This document shows positions 1-9,394 of a stretch of 64,000 nt of DNA, one piece after another. Both the position numbers and the translations under genes were made by a program. How positions within the stretch are numbered: position 1 is the stretch's first letter; every line of letters starts with the position of its first letter. The notes beneath the pieces are model-generated. The model was not told the DNA's origin. It saw only the letters and a list, made by a program, of their open reading frames with translations, and made no database searches. This DNA is from Candidatus Babeliales bacterium (lineage in GTDB: Bacteria; Babelota; Babeliae; Babelales; JBFXEV01), in assembly GCA_050179755.1 (NCBI GenBank), contig JBFXEV010000001.1, positions 73,994-137,993 of the forward strand. Direction: 5' to 3'.

Positions 1-1241
1 GATAATGCATGTGCAAGCGTCATCTGACCATCAAATGTTAATGTGTTATTACGCGGCTGCCATACCGTGCCACCAGAAGTAAGCGATAACGGTTCATCAA
101 TAAACGTATCATCAAAGCGCAATCCTCCCTCGATTGCTGCAGCATAAATGAGTGGTTTCAATATGGAACCCATTTGCCGTTGCGCTTGCATTGCACGATT
201 AAATTTAGATTTTGTAAAATCAAAACCACCCACAAGTGCACGAACTGCACCAGATGCCACATCAAGAGTCACCAATGCACCATCAATATCTGAGCAAATT
301 TCTTTATGCATCAAACGCATATGCTCTGCAAAAGCACGAGACGCACAGCGTTGAATATTTATGTCAAGTGTAGTTTGAATGCGATATCCTTCTGAATATA
401 ACGCACTCTTGCCCACTAAAGCTTCTACTTCTTGCCTAATTGCTTCCTGCAAATGCGGCGCTAAGAATTCTTGCTGATGCTCCACTATACCAAGCGGTTG
501 TTGTTGACATGTAGCACATACTTTTTTATCAATAAAATTAAGTTCTCGCATTGATCTGAGCACTACATTGCGACGCTGCTCACTTGATAATGGGCATAAC
601 AATGGCGAATAAAGCCCCGGTGATTTTACAACGGCTGCAAGAGTAGCAGCCTGTTCAATAGAAAGTTGTTGTGCAGATATTCCCCAAAACCGTTGGCTTG
701 CAGCTTCCACGCCATAAATTCCACACCCAAAATAAACATGATTTAAATAGGTTTGCAGAATTTGCTCTTTGCTAAATTGCCGCTCAATAAGAAGTGCCAT
801 CAGCTGTTCTTTAAACTTGCGGGTAAATGTTTTGGAAGCACCCACATAGAGCAATTTAATAAGTTGCTGCGTGATAGTACTTGCGCCTTGTTTTTTGCGA
901 CCATGGTATATATTCACCAATGTGGAACGCACAATCCCTTTAATAGAAATACCTGGATGATGAAAAAAATCATGGTCCTCTGCTGCAATAAACGCTTGTA
1001 TCAAATGTTGTGGCATTTCATTAAGTGAGATAGGTTTTCGTTTATCGCGTGCAAATCTTGCCCATTCAACACCATGGCAATCAAGCAAGACTGAAGGTGT
1101 TCCTGGCTCATAATGCTCTAAAACAGAAAGATCTACAATGTGATAGTGAGAAACAAAAAAAAGTCCCCCCATGCAAGCTGCTATGCTACATAATAAAAGT
1201 ATAATAACATAGGTAAAATTAATTCTCTTGAATATATACAC
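1..1241 (-). CDS. mrcA: Penicillin-binding protein 1A (transglycosylase/transpeptidase), runs off left edge
   Basis: Hand translation of minus strand: N-terminal TM, AEDHDFFHHPGI, GASTITQQL, RQMGSILKP (SxxK). GTG start at 1241 is tentative. Confidence 0.88.
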   Translation of the reverse strand, partial: MYIFKRINFTYVIILLLCSIAACMGGLFFVSHYHIVDLSVLEHYEPGTPSVLLDCHGVEWARFARDKRKPISLNEMPQHLIQAFIAAEDHDFFHHPGISIKGIVRSTLVNIYHGRKKQGASTITQQLIKLLYVGASKTFTRKFKEQLMALLIERQFSKEQILQTYLNHVYFGCGIYGVEAASQRFWGISAQQLSIEQAATLAAVVKSPGLYSPLLCPLSSEQRRNVVLRSMRELNFIDKKVCATCQQQPLGIVEHQQEFLAPHLQEAIRQEVEALVGKSALYSEGYRIQTTLDINIQRCASRAFAEHMRLMHKEICSDIDGALVTLDVASGAVRALVGGFDFTKSKFNRAMQAQRQMGSILKPLIYAAAIEGGLRFDDTFIDEPLSLTSGGTVWQPRNNTLTFDGQMTLAHAL

Positions 1242-1530
1242 GCCAATCGTCTATTTCGGCTTCTGTATCTATTCCCACTAACCCTTGCATCCAAGGACAG
1301 TATTTTAATGATAAGCCAATCGTAATAGCAACAGCAAGAAGAGCAAGTTCCTTTTTATAATGTACAACAAACGTTGCTATTTCTTCTTGCGTAGCAGCAA
1401 ATGAAATGCCATTTTTTTGCAGTAAACTTTTAGAAAAAGTAACTGAATTATTTATTGGCACGTGCGTATGAGATAACAACGTGCTCCATACTAGCGAAGC
1501 TGTAAAAACTGACGTAAAAATTTTTTTCAT
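1219..1530 (-). CDS. Hypothetical membrane/secreted protein
   Basis: 103 aa, MKK-type leader, AGGAG RBS, second hydrophobic segment. Confidence 0.6.
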   Translation of the reverse strand: MKKIFTSVFTASLVWSTLLSHTHVPINNSVTFSKSLLQKNGISFAATQEEIATFVVHYKKELALLAVAITIGLSLKYCPWMQGLVGIDTEAEIDDWRVYIQEN

Positions 1531-1593
1531 AGTACTCCTTGCAATTTTGGGTACACTATTGTTATAGAAGACATCTTACTTAACCACTTAAAA

Positions 1594-2055
1594 TTGTCAA
1601 TTTACTGCATGCAAAGCTGGCATTATTATCTGATTATCACCTTGGTTTTCTTTCTAAATAATACGCTGCATACTTTATTTGGAATACCTAGCGCATTATT
1701 ATTAGGCGTAACTACGTTTATCTTAGTACAACCTCAAAACTCTGCTATGCTTAAAATATATGCCATTGCACTTGTTTGCTTTGATTATTTCGTTTGGCTT
1801 GACCAACTTGGCCCCCCTCTGCTTTATTTAGCCCCTCTTTATCTACTTGCCCCTGCCCTTAATCAACTATTAATGCCCAGGGCAAGAAGCCTGCTACCTT
1901 ACGCTTTTTTTTCTAGTGCCTATTTGGTACAGATTTATACCCTGGAACCCTTAACTACCGGGGTTTTACCACCTTTTGCCTGTACAATTTGGCCTTTTTG
2001 TGCTATAGTACTAGGGATATATAGCTTTGAAATATATAGATCAACAGCAGTTTAG
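1594..2055 (+). CDS. Hypothetical multi-pass membrane protein (MreD-sized; identity not established)
   Basis: 153 aa, hydrophobic throughout; start uncertain. Confidence 0.55.
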   Translation: MSIYCMQSWHYYLIITLVFFLNNTLHTLFGIPSALLLGVTTFILVQPQNSAMLKIYAIALVCFDYFVWLDQLGPPLLYLAPLYLLAPALNQLLMPRARSLLPYAFFSSAYLVQIYTLEPLTTGVLPPFACTIWPFCAIVLGIYSFEIYRSTAV

Positions 2056-2448
2056 GTAATCGCTTTCTCTTTTAAAAATTGAGAGAAAGAGGAAAGTCCG
2101 GACTCCAAATAAACACGGTACCATGCAAGAACTTGTTTCAAGCATGGGCAGGGTAAAAAAACACTATCCTGACGGCAAGTGCCACAGAAAATAACCACCT
2201 TAACCCGCTCATCCTGCGCTTGTCGAAGGATTTGAGCGGATCAGGTAAGGGTGAAAATGTGCGGTAAGAGCGCACAAAACAAAGCAGCAATGTTTTGTTT
2301 GGGCAAACCCTCCGGGAGCAAGACAAACAGTGCGTTCGGTTGTTTATTCCGATTTAAAACGTGCGGGTACGTTGCATAGATAAATGGTTACCATATTACG
2401 CATCGCAAGATGTGCAATAACAGAATCCGGCTTATTAATTGTTGTTGA
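2041..2448 (+). ncRNA. rnpB: RNase P RNA
   Basis: GAGGAAAGTCCGGACTC, AGTGCCACAGAAA, GGTAAGGGTGAAA..GGTAAGAGC, ACAGAATCCGGCTTA; ends pair as P1 (tcaacagcagtt/aattgttgttga). Confidence 0.95.
2205..2239 (+). repeat. Palindromic repeat (family A) inside rnpB P12
   Basis: 2206-2230 matches 2471-2495 at 24/25 nt; closed by ccgctca/tgagcgg. Confidence 0.8.
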
Positions 2449-2521
2449 TCCTCCTACGCTTATCCGGGCACGCTCATCCTGAGCTTGTCGAAGGACGGGC
2501 TCGGCAAGCTACGGGGACAGG
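2449..2521 (+). repeat. Composite repeat: family B shell containing a family A unit
   Basis: Arms 2455-2469 and 2498-2513 identical to the reverse complement of the arms in 18344-18379. Confidence 0.8.
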
Positions 2522-2540
2522 CCTTTTAAATTTTCAGTAC

Positions 2541-3266
2541 ATGAAATTCATACCTTCGATGAAACTAACAAACTTCCTCTGGGCATTACCCTTCATTTGT
2601 TTTATAAGCACTTATACTATTCTCACGCTTATTTTTACCGCACCTCCAATTCCAGCACCATCACTTATTGGCAAACAATTGCCAGAAGCGTTTACCATTC
2701 TTTCGCACCATAATTTAAATCCACGCATCTTACATGAGCAAGTTGATAATGATGTGCCTGCTGGTACCATTTTGAGCCAAACCCCGCTTGCTGGCCAAAA
2801 AATTAAACCTTATCAACAGCTTTTTTTAACGGTTAGCAAAAAAGCAGAAAAAACTATTGCACCATCCGTGCAAGGCAAAACATATGAACAAGTTGTGGAA
2901 CAACTTACCAAAGCTCATATAAAACATAAACGATATGATCTTGCAAGCAAAAAACCAATGGGTACTATTATTGCACAATTGCCTGCAGCAGGCGCACCTC
3001 TTGAACAAAACAGCATGATTCTTTATGTATCGCAAGGAAATAATAAGCCAATTTTATGCCCCCAATTTATTGGCAAAACGGTTAAAGAGGTAACCCAATT
3101 TTTAGAAACATATAATATAGCACCCGAAGTATATCATGCACATACAATGTATGATAATCATTCATGTGCAAACTGCGTAGTACTCAATCAACAACCCCTT
3201 GCAGGAACTATTATTGACCTTCATCAAGGTTTGACTGTACAGTTGAAGGTGACTCACTGCATGTAA
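2541..3266 (+). CDS. PASTA domain-containing membrane-anchored protein
   Basis: TM then three PASTA repeats (PSLIGK..GTILSQTP; PSVQGK..GTIIAQLP; PQFIGK..VLNQQP); start 2541 or 2559. Confidence 0.85.
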   Translation: MKFIPSMKLTNFLWALPFICFISTYTILTLIFTAPPIPAPSLIGKQLPEAFTILSHHNLNPRILHEQVDNDVPAGTILSQTPLAGQKIKPYQQLFLTVSKKAEKTIAPSVQGKTYEQVVEQLTKAHIKHKRYDLASKKPMGTIIAQLPAAGAPLEQNSMILYVSQGNNKPILCPQFIGKTVKEVTQFLETYNIAPEVYHAHTMYDNHSCANCVVLNQQPLAGTIIDLHQGLTVQLKVTHCM

Positions 3267-4104
3267 GCATGCCATCTTGATACGCATACGTATTTCTAAA
3301 AGTAACTAATCTATTTATAGACGCAATAATATCAGGCACATAAAGCTTAATTTGTGTAGGATTAAGCAATCTTGCCCGCTCATCATGCGCATAATAAAGT
3401 TCCTCCAGAGCCTCAGGAGTCATCTCTTCATTATCTTGTGCCGTCAACGCACGAGATACTACATCTAATTTTTCAGACACTAATGCATTAATGGCGTTAA
3501 GCTCATCTTCTTTTGGAAAATAGAACGGTGGCAATAAACAATAACTTGCAATAATTTTACAGACGTCTGTTACCAACCTCCGTGGGTTTTCTGGACGTTT
3601 AAAACACAGCATTATGATAAATCCACTATTTTTTAACCGTCGCAAATTAATTGAACTGTACGGCACATATGTTAATAATCCTTTAACAAATTCACGGCTC
3701 TTTGACGCACTCAAATGCATCGTATTATGTTGATTACTATCACATGCAGAGAGATCGGCTCCATGATCAAGTAAAAGAGCTGCTAGTTTAAAATCTGTTG
3801 GTATGGTATCCCAAACCATTGAAAGAAGTGGTGTTTTATATTGTTTATTACGCGCATCAACTGGTACCTTATGTTGCAAAAGATAGGCCGCTATAATAGG
3901 ATTAGGAGCTACATGTAGCAAAGTATTACCATCACTATCACGGCATTGCAAAAATAGCTCTGAATTACATGCTGTACTAAATGTTTGTCTAAGCTCGGGT
4001 AAATTGCCCTTTCTGACTAATGCAAACAAATCAGTTTGCATCGCAATGACATTAAAAAAACCCAAAAATAAGAGAAGCACATAACAACAAAAAGAATATG
4101 CCAC
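3211..4104 (-). CDS. Ankyrin repeat protein with signal peptide
   Basis: DGNTLLHVA, KTPLL, LLDHGAD. Confidence 0.85.
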   Translation of the reverse strand: MAYSFCCYVLLLFLGFFNVIAMQTDLFALVRKGNLPELRQTFSTACNSELFLQCRDSDGNTLLHVAPNPIIAAYLLQHKVPVDARNKQYKTPLLSMVWDTIPTDFKLAALLLDHGADLSACDSNQHNTMHLSASKSREFVKGLLTYVPYSSINLRRLKNSGFIIMLCFKRPENPRRLVTDVCKIIASYCLLPPFYFPKEDELNAINALVSEKLDVVSRALTAQDNEEMTPEALEELYYAHDERARLLNPTQIKLYVPDIIASINRLVTFRNTYAYQDGMLTCSESPSTVQSNLDEGQ

Positions 4105-4182
4105 TCCAGCTCCTTTTTACCATACCTTCATACTTTAGGTATACCAAAAAAGAGACTGCTAAATCAATGAAATAAAGCAAGA

Positions 4183-4872
4183 TTATGCGCCGAAATTGCG
4201 CGTGACTTCTTCAAAATAACCTAATGCTGTATCAAGATCATTTTCTTGTATATCAGGCCATAGACAATCAAGAAAGTAAAGTTCACTATAGGCTGCCTGA
4301 AAGAGCAAGAAATTGCTCAAACGATTTCTGCCGCCAGTGCGAATGATAAGTTCTGGCTCGGGGATAGCGCCAGTCCATAAATAAGAATTAACTAATGTAT
4401 CATTAATTTGATCTAGTTTTATAATACCTGCCTGCACATCTTGTGCAATTGCCTTACATGCATGCGCAATTTCTTGTTGACCACCATAGCAAAAAAGCAA
4501 ATTAACTTGCAAAGTGTCTAAATGTTTTGTTTCATGCTCAACCTCTTCAATGGTAGACTGCACGCTGGCTGGGAATAATGATCTATCTCCAATAAAGCAA
4601 ATGCGTATACCCTTGATAATTAGTTCAGATAATCGCTTATGAGCTTCATGCGCCAAGATCTCAAACAAAAAACTTTTCTCTTCAGGGCTGCGATTAAAAT
4701 TTTCAAGTGAGAACGTATACAGTGAAAGATATTTAATCTGTTTATTTAGACAATAGTTAAGTACTTTTTGTGCCGCCTGCACGCCTTCTTGATGCCCCTT
4801 CCAAGGAGTAAGCAAGCGTTTTTTTGCCCAACGGCGATTTCCATCCATTATCAATGCTAGATGTTTGATCAT
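4183..4872 (-). CDS. uppS: Undecaprenyl diphosphate synthase
   Basis: HLALIMDGNRRWA, FSLENFNR, IRTGG..RLSNFLL; ATG 4872 overlaps upstream stop. Confidence 0.95.
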   Translation of the reverse strand: MIKHLALIMDGNRRWAKKRLLTPWKGHQEGVQAAQKVLNYCLNKQIKYLSLYTFSLENFNRSPEEKSFLFEILAHEAHKRLSELIIKGIRICFIGDRSLFPASVQSTIEEVEHETKHLDTLQVNLLFCYGGQQEIAHACKAIAQDVQAGIIKLDQINDTLVNSYLWTGAIPEPELIIRTGGRNRLSNFLLFQAAYSELYFLDCLWPDIQENDLDTALGYFEEVTRNFGA

Positions 4873-5318
4873 AAACTGAGATCTTCGGGCGTATATTCTG
4901 CTGCAGTGCACATAACCGGAAACAATTCATCAATATCATGACATATTTCTTCTGCAATATCACCATCAAATACTTGCCCGGTCATGCCATATACTGCTAC
5001 AAGCTCCAAGCAACCAACATAATCTTCCTGAGATAAAATATGTTTTTGGAATGCAGCTTCAAAAATCATGCCCGCGGAAGTTTCTGGTTGCTCAAATTCA
5101 TAAATCATGCCAACTCGCTCTGCCATATAACTACAGAGCGCATGAAAAGCTACTTCAAAAGCACGCACCGCTGAAAGGCGCACATGCGGATAGGTTGGAG
5201 ACGTTTGATAAGCTTGATTCAATTTTGTTAGTGCCGCATGCAATGCATCTAAATGTTTAATAACAATCTGATGCTTTTTTTTAATAATTTCTTTGCGTTC
5301 GCTCGGTATTTGCAACAT
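4869..5318 (-). CDS. HEPN / nucleotidyltransferase substrate-binding (HI0074-like) protein lacking RxxxxH
   Basis: SAVRAFEVAF, IFEAAFQKHIL, FDGDIAEEI match HI0074-family pattern. Confidence 0.7.
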   Translation of the reverse strand: MLQIPSERKEIIKKKHQIVIKHLDALHAALTKLNQAYQTSPTYPHVRLSAVRAFEVAFHALCSYMAERVGMIYEFEQPETSAGMIFEAAFQKHILSQEDYVGCLELVAVYGMTGQVFDGDIAEEICHDIDELFPVMCTAAEYTPEDLSL

Positions 5319-5320
5319 AG

Positions 5321-5971
5321 TTATATCTTGGAAACCTGCTGTTTTGCTCCATAAAGCACTCTCACATCAACAGCCTGTATAAAGGCCACACCATGCATTA
5401 TTATAACCATGCCTAATGCACATACTAATCGCTCAACCGCCACAAAAGGTAGCAACCCTGACCAGATTGCAGCAGTAGTTGGCATTATATAAAGCCATAG
5501 CACAGAGCCTACTGCATGTTGCACAAATGTGGCGCCAAGCGCGGTGGTAAATTGCGTTTGTTGCGTGTAATATAGCACCACTGGAATCAACCAGTAGCAG
5601 GCATAGAACCAGGCTTGACCGCCTACCGGATGCGCTATAAAAAGGACCATACACAAAAGAGGCGTTGCCACACGAATCCAAAAGGAAGTTGATCTAAAAT
5701 AGAGTGCTGCCGCAAAAGTGGGCAAATACAATGAGAAAGGAGACAATAAACTTGTTCCCATAAAAACGCAATGCACCATACGGCGCAGCAAAAAAAGACC
5801 TGCTCCAAAGCCCATGCCTGTATAGAGACTTACTAATGGACCACCAAGAGAGAATCCCGAAAAAACTGCGGTTTTTGCTCCTAAAAGCACATTTATTTTT
5901 AATAAACTAAGTAATTCTAGGATACTAAAGCCTACCACCACAGTAATAATGCTTGCTAATCTACGATTCAT
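5321..5971 (-). CDS. Hypothetical integral membrane protein
   Basis: 216 aa, about 6-7 hydrophobic segments. Confidence 0.75.
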   Translation of the reverse strand: MNRRLASIITVVVGFSILELLSLLKINVLLGAKTAVFSGFSLGGPLVSLYTGMGFGAGLFLLRRMVHCVFMGTSLLSPFSLYLPTFAAALYFRSTSFWIRVATPLLCMVLFIAHPVGGQAWFYACYWLIPVVLYYTQQTQFTTALGATFVQHAVGSVLWLYIMPTTAAIWSGLLPFVAVERLVCALGMVIIMHGVAFIQAVDVRVLYGAKQQVSKI

Positions 5972-6136
5972 TGTAAGTCACCCTTTAAAGACTGCTTATG
6001 AACAAAATATATTTGTAGTAATAAGAATACAGCAAAGTAAGAAAAAAGGGAAAGATTACTTAGGCCGACCCATCGGTTTACAATAGAGTAGATGTCTTTA
6101 ATAGAAGTTCACTAAATATTTTCAAGCAATTATCTC

Positions 6137-6257
6137 TGGCGCCGCTTCCTCCGCGGCAAGCGCACCCTTTTTGGTGCATCCTACTTGGCAAAGGCTTAAA
6201 AAGGACACGGAAAGGGTGCAAAAAGTAATTAAGGGCATGCTATCCCTTAATAATCCC
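6137..6257. repeat. Structured two-hairpin intergenic element (family C)
   Basis: gcacccttt/aaagggtgc (6162-6219), then ttaaggg/cccttaa (6229-6250); same layout as 17905-17993. Confidence 0.5.
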
Positions 6258-6421
6258 ATACCTTATTTTGTTGCTGCTGAAATATTAAAATACTTCTACA
6301 ATAAACTTAATAATGGAGTTAATTAACTAATTTCTGCTTAAATCTTTAGGATTCAACTTAACTATTGTGTACATTAAATGATGTGAGAAAATAGATCTTA
6401 AATTTTATTAACCAAGACCAA

Positions 6422-7219
6422 ATGGTTACCAAATATAAAAGATGATTGAGCGTTGCCGTAGTGCTTTGCTCATTAATCTCAACCTCAATTGGTGCAACAA
6501 ACAAATAGGATTGCTGTTGCCCCGTTATAAAAGAACATTACAAACCAGAACATCATAATTCTAAATTTCGCAAAGAAGGTGCAAACATAACCCAACTCGA
6601 TCTCACTCCCGTAAATATTACCGTAGCTGAAAACTATCCTGATAATGGCCAAACCATTAATCTTATTGCAAAAATTGCAAGTCAAAATACTAGCGGGAAA
6701 AACGTGCTCTTTCTACACGGATTTCCACACTGTCACTCGTTATGGAGCACAACTGAGACCTGGATCTAAGTTACGCACTAAACATAACTTATACACATTA
6801 GATTTTCGTGGTCAAGGTGAATCTGATAAACCTGCACCTTCTGCGCCACCTGCGCCAGATGGTACTGACACTGTTTACCGCCCATGGCAAAATTATGCCA
6901 ATGATATTCATCAAGCAATTCTACGATTGGGCCTTACAGATCTTAATAAACCTGTGTTCGTTGCACATTCAGCTGGCGCATTTTTCCTCAATGATTACTT
7001 ACGCATGAATGATCCTGTATGGGCAGCTGTAACAGTGCCTACATGAGTAATTCATGGCGTAAATGATCATGTATATTATTTGCCGCAAAAGAACATCTTG
7101 CTCTCGTAATTCCAAAAGCAAAATTAAAAGCATTCAAGCCGGGTAGTCACTTTCCACCATTACAAAATACAAAGAAATTCAATAAAGTGTTATTAAAGTT
7201 TCTTAAATATTATAACTAG
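6422..7219 (+). pseudogene. Degraded alpha/beta hydrolase
   Basis: Motifs in different frames: NVLFLHGFP (6701), DFRGQGESDKP and AHSAG, VPT*VIHGVND, GSHFPPLQN; internal stops. Confidence 0.8.
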
Positions 7220-7257
7220 TAAAAAGGGGGGGTGGTTGACGCCCGACCCCTTTTTAC
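7219..7257. terminator. Rho-independent terminator-like hairpin
   Basis: gtaaaaagggg...ccccttttttac. Confidence 0.55.
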
Positions 7258-7317
7258 GTAACATGTGAGCTAATATCATTAAATCTCATGAATCTTTTGT
7301 AAAAGCACGAAATTAAT

Positions 7318-8676
7318 ATGGTACTTATTGTATTTATAACATTTATTGTGTGCTATCTATGCATTGGTATATGGAATAGCCGGCATGTAAAAACACTCAA
7401 TGATTTTTTTATACGATCACGCTCACTATCGCTGATTGAAACCACTGCAAGTCTAGTAGTTACTCAACTCGGGAGTAACATGATTCTAGATACTTCGCGA
7501 AAAGGATTTGAGTACGGAGTATACGGAATATTCTATCCTCTTGGCATCTCAGTAGGATTATTGCTACTTACAAGTACACTAGCAGAAAGATGGCGCACGT
7601 TGAACATCAATACTACTGCAGAGCTCTTTATAAATCGCTTTAAAAGTGTCTATTTACATAAATTGGCAGGATGCATAGGTCTGATAAGCCTGTTTGGCAT
7701 TCTTGTGGCACAAGTTGCCGCCTTGCGGTTTGTTATTTGCCCCTATTTATCAATTGCCAACATGTGTCTTTTTATAGCCACATGGCTCTGTATAGTCTTC
7801 TACACCATGCTTGGTGGACTATCGTCCGTTATCAACACTGGTTTTTTGCAAGGCATTCTTTTATACGGTTTTTTTGGATTATTTATTGTCACCGTTCTGA
7901 TCACAACACCTTTTTCTATTGCTGAATTAGCTGCTGAAGCTGTCAGGCGTCCAATCGTACCCAAAGAACTTACCTTTACTCAAACCCTTTCATTATTTAT
8001 TCTACCTGGACTCTATGTTATTATTTCACAAACAATTATTCAATTCATAATTAAAGCTAAAACAGTAAAAGTTGCAAAAGCTGCAACCTCACTTTCCTCA
8101 TTCTTACTAATAGGCTTCACTTTTGTACCATTTATGGGCGGGCTTATCGCAAAAAAAATGACTCCTCATATTGATGCATCTACTCACGTAATCGTTGCGG
8201 TGATGAGAGCATTAACACCAACATGGATGCTTGCTCTTGGTATAGCGGCAATCAGCGCCGCAATCATATCAACTGCAGACGCCCTACTTTTGGGTGCAAG
8301 TTCTTTTATTATTCACGATATAATGCCAAAATATAAGTATAACTTTCTTATAACTCGATTGCTTATTGCACTCACCGGATTGATGAGCCTTGTGGCTTCG
8401 TATTATGTTGAAGAGAGAGTTGTATTTCTTATACTGCATAGTTATGAATTGGCACTGAGCGTATTATTTATACCGAGTATTATATGCTTATATTTTCCCG
8501 AGGTACCCGTATCAACAAATTGTGCATGGGCATCTTGCATTATAGGCGGTTGTAGTTATCTGCTTGGTGCATTCTTGCTGCCTTCTACTGTGCCCCATAT
8601 TTTAATTACTTTCGGTCTTGCAAGCCTACCTTTTGTAGTTTACAAATTTAAAATGCAGAAACTTCAAGTTAAGTAA
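7318..8676 (+). CDS. Sodium:solute symporter family protein
   Basis: DFFIRSRSL, YTMLGGLSSV, AAIISTAD; many TMs. Confidence 0.9.
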   Translation: MVLIVFITFIVCYLCIGIWNSRHVKTLNDFFIRSRSLSLIETTASLVVTQLGSNMILDTSRKGFEYGVYGIFYPLGISVGLLLLTSTLAERWRTLNINTTAELFINRFKSVYLHKLAGCIGLISLFGILVAQVAALRFVICPYLSIANMCLFIATWLCIVFYTMLGGLSSVINTGFLQGILLYGFFGLFIVTVLITTPFSIAELAAEAVRRPIVPKELTFTQTLSLFILPGLYVIISQTIIQFIIKAKTVKVAKAATSLSSFLLIGFTFVPFMGGLIAKKMTPHIDASTHVIVAVMRALTPTWMLALGIAAISAAIISTADALLLGASSFIIHDIMPKYKYNFLITRLLIALTGLMSLVASYYVEERVVFLILHSYELALSVLFIPSIICLYFPEVPVSTNCAWASCIIGGCSYLLGAFLLPSTVPHILITFGLASLPFVVYKFKMQKLQVK

Positions 8677-8758
8677 TTACGATCGATTTTTTTTAGGTAA
8701 ACAATACTGCAGCGCACTTGAATGAGAACTATTCTTTAGATACTGTATAAAATTTATT

Positions 8759-9394
8759 CTACGTATGAATCTGCTTAGTAACTAATCTAATCACTTCATC
8801 AAGATCGTCTGTCATCACAAATAAATTCTTAAATTCGGCGTCAATAAAACCATGCGTAAATGCCACGTCTACCCACTCACTAAAACTTGCCCAAAATGAA
8901 GTTCCTACTAACACAACAGGAGACCGCCTTATTTGTTTCATTTTAATGAGGTTCATAATATCACCTAGTTCATCGAACGTGCCAACACCTCCGGGAAAAA
9001 TCACATATGCATCAGAATAATACATCAATAGCCATTTGCGCGCAGAAAAATTGCTTAAAAATATAGTAGTACGTTCGCAGCGAGACGAAGCCGGCTCATC
9101 TATACCAATCACGTTAATGCCAAAGCCAAACGGTTTTTTGCCAGTACTTACTGCTCCACATAATACCGCTTCCATAATGCCCATGCCACCGCCAGTAATC
9201 ACCGCTTGATCAGCATCTGCAAGTTTTTTGCCTAACTCAAAAGCTATTTTATAAAAATGGGAATTATAATCTGCATGATGGCCGCCAAACACGGTAACGA
9301 TTGGCTTTTTTAAGCGATATAAATGCCATAGTCCGCGTACAAATTGAGGCCATTGCCAAAGATACTGTGCTGCATGCCTTGTTTTTCCGTACAT
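8759..9394 (-). CDS. LOG family nucleotide phosphoribohydrolase (TIGR00730-like)
   Basis: VTVFGG, ITGGGMGIME, FSARK, FPGGVGTFDE. Confidence 0.9.
   Translation of the reverse strand: MYGKTRHAAQYLWQWPQFVRGLWHLYRLKKPIVTVFGGHHADYNSHFYKIAFELGKKLADADQAVITGGGMGIMEAVLCGAVSTGKKPFGFGINVIGIDEPASSRCERTTIFLSNFSARKWLLMYYSDAYVIFPGGVGTFDELGDIMNLIKMKQIRRSPVVLVGTSFWASFSEWVDVAFTHGFIDAEFKNLFVMTDDLDEVIRLVTKQIHT

Noticed and set aside
148..1028. Two short plus-strand ORFs
   Set aside because: Antisense shadows of PBP1A
2138..2326. 62-aa minus-strand ORF
   Set aside because: Antisense to RNase P RNA
2439..2540. N-terminal extension of the PASTA ORF (HAHPELVEGR)
   Set aside because: It is a translation of the repeat and overlaps rnpB; start placed at 2541/2559
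6060..6180. TPP riboswitch on minus strand upstream of the membrane gene (gggtgc...ccagaga)
   Set aside because: Lacks CUGAGA, ACCUGAU and GCGNAGG core elements
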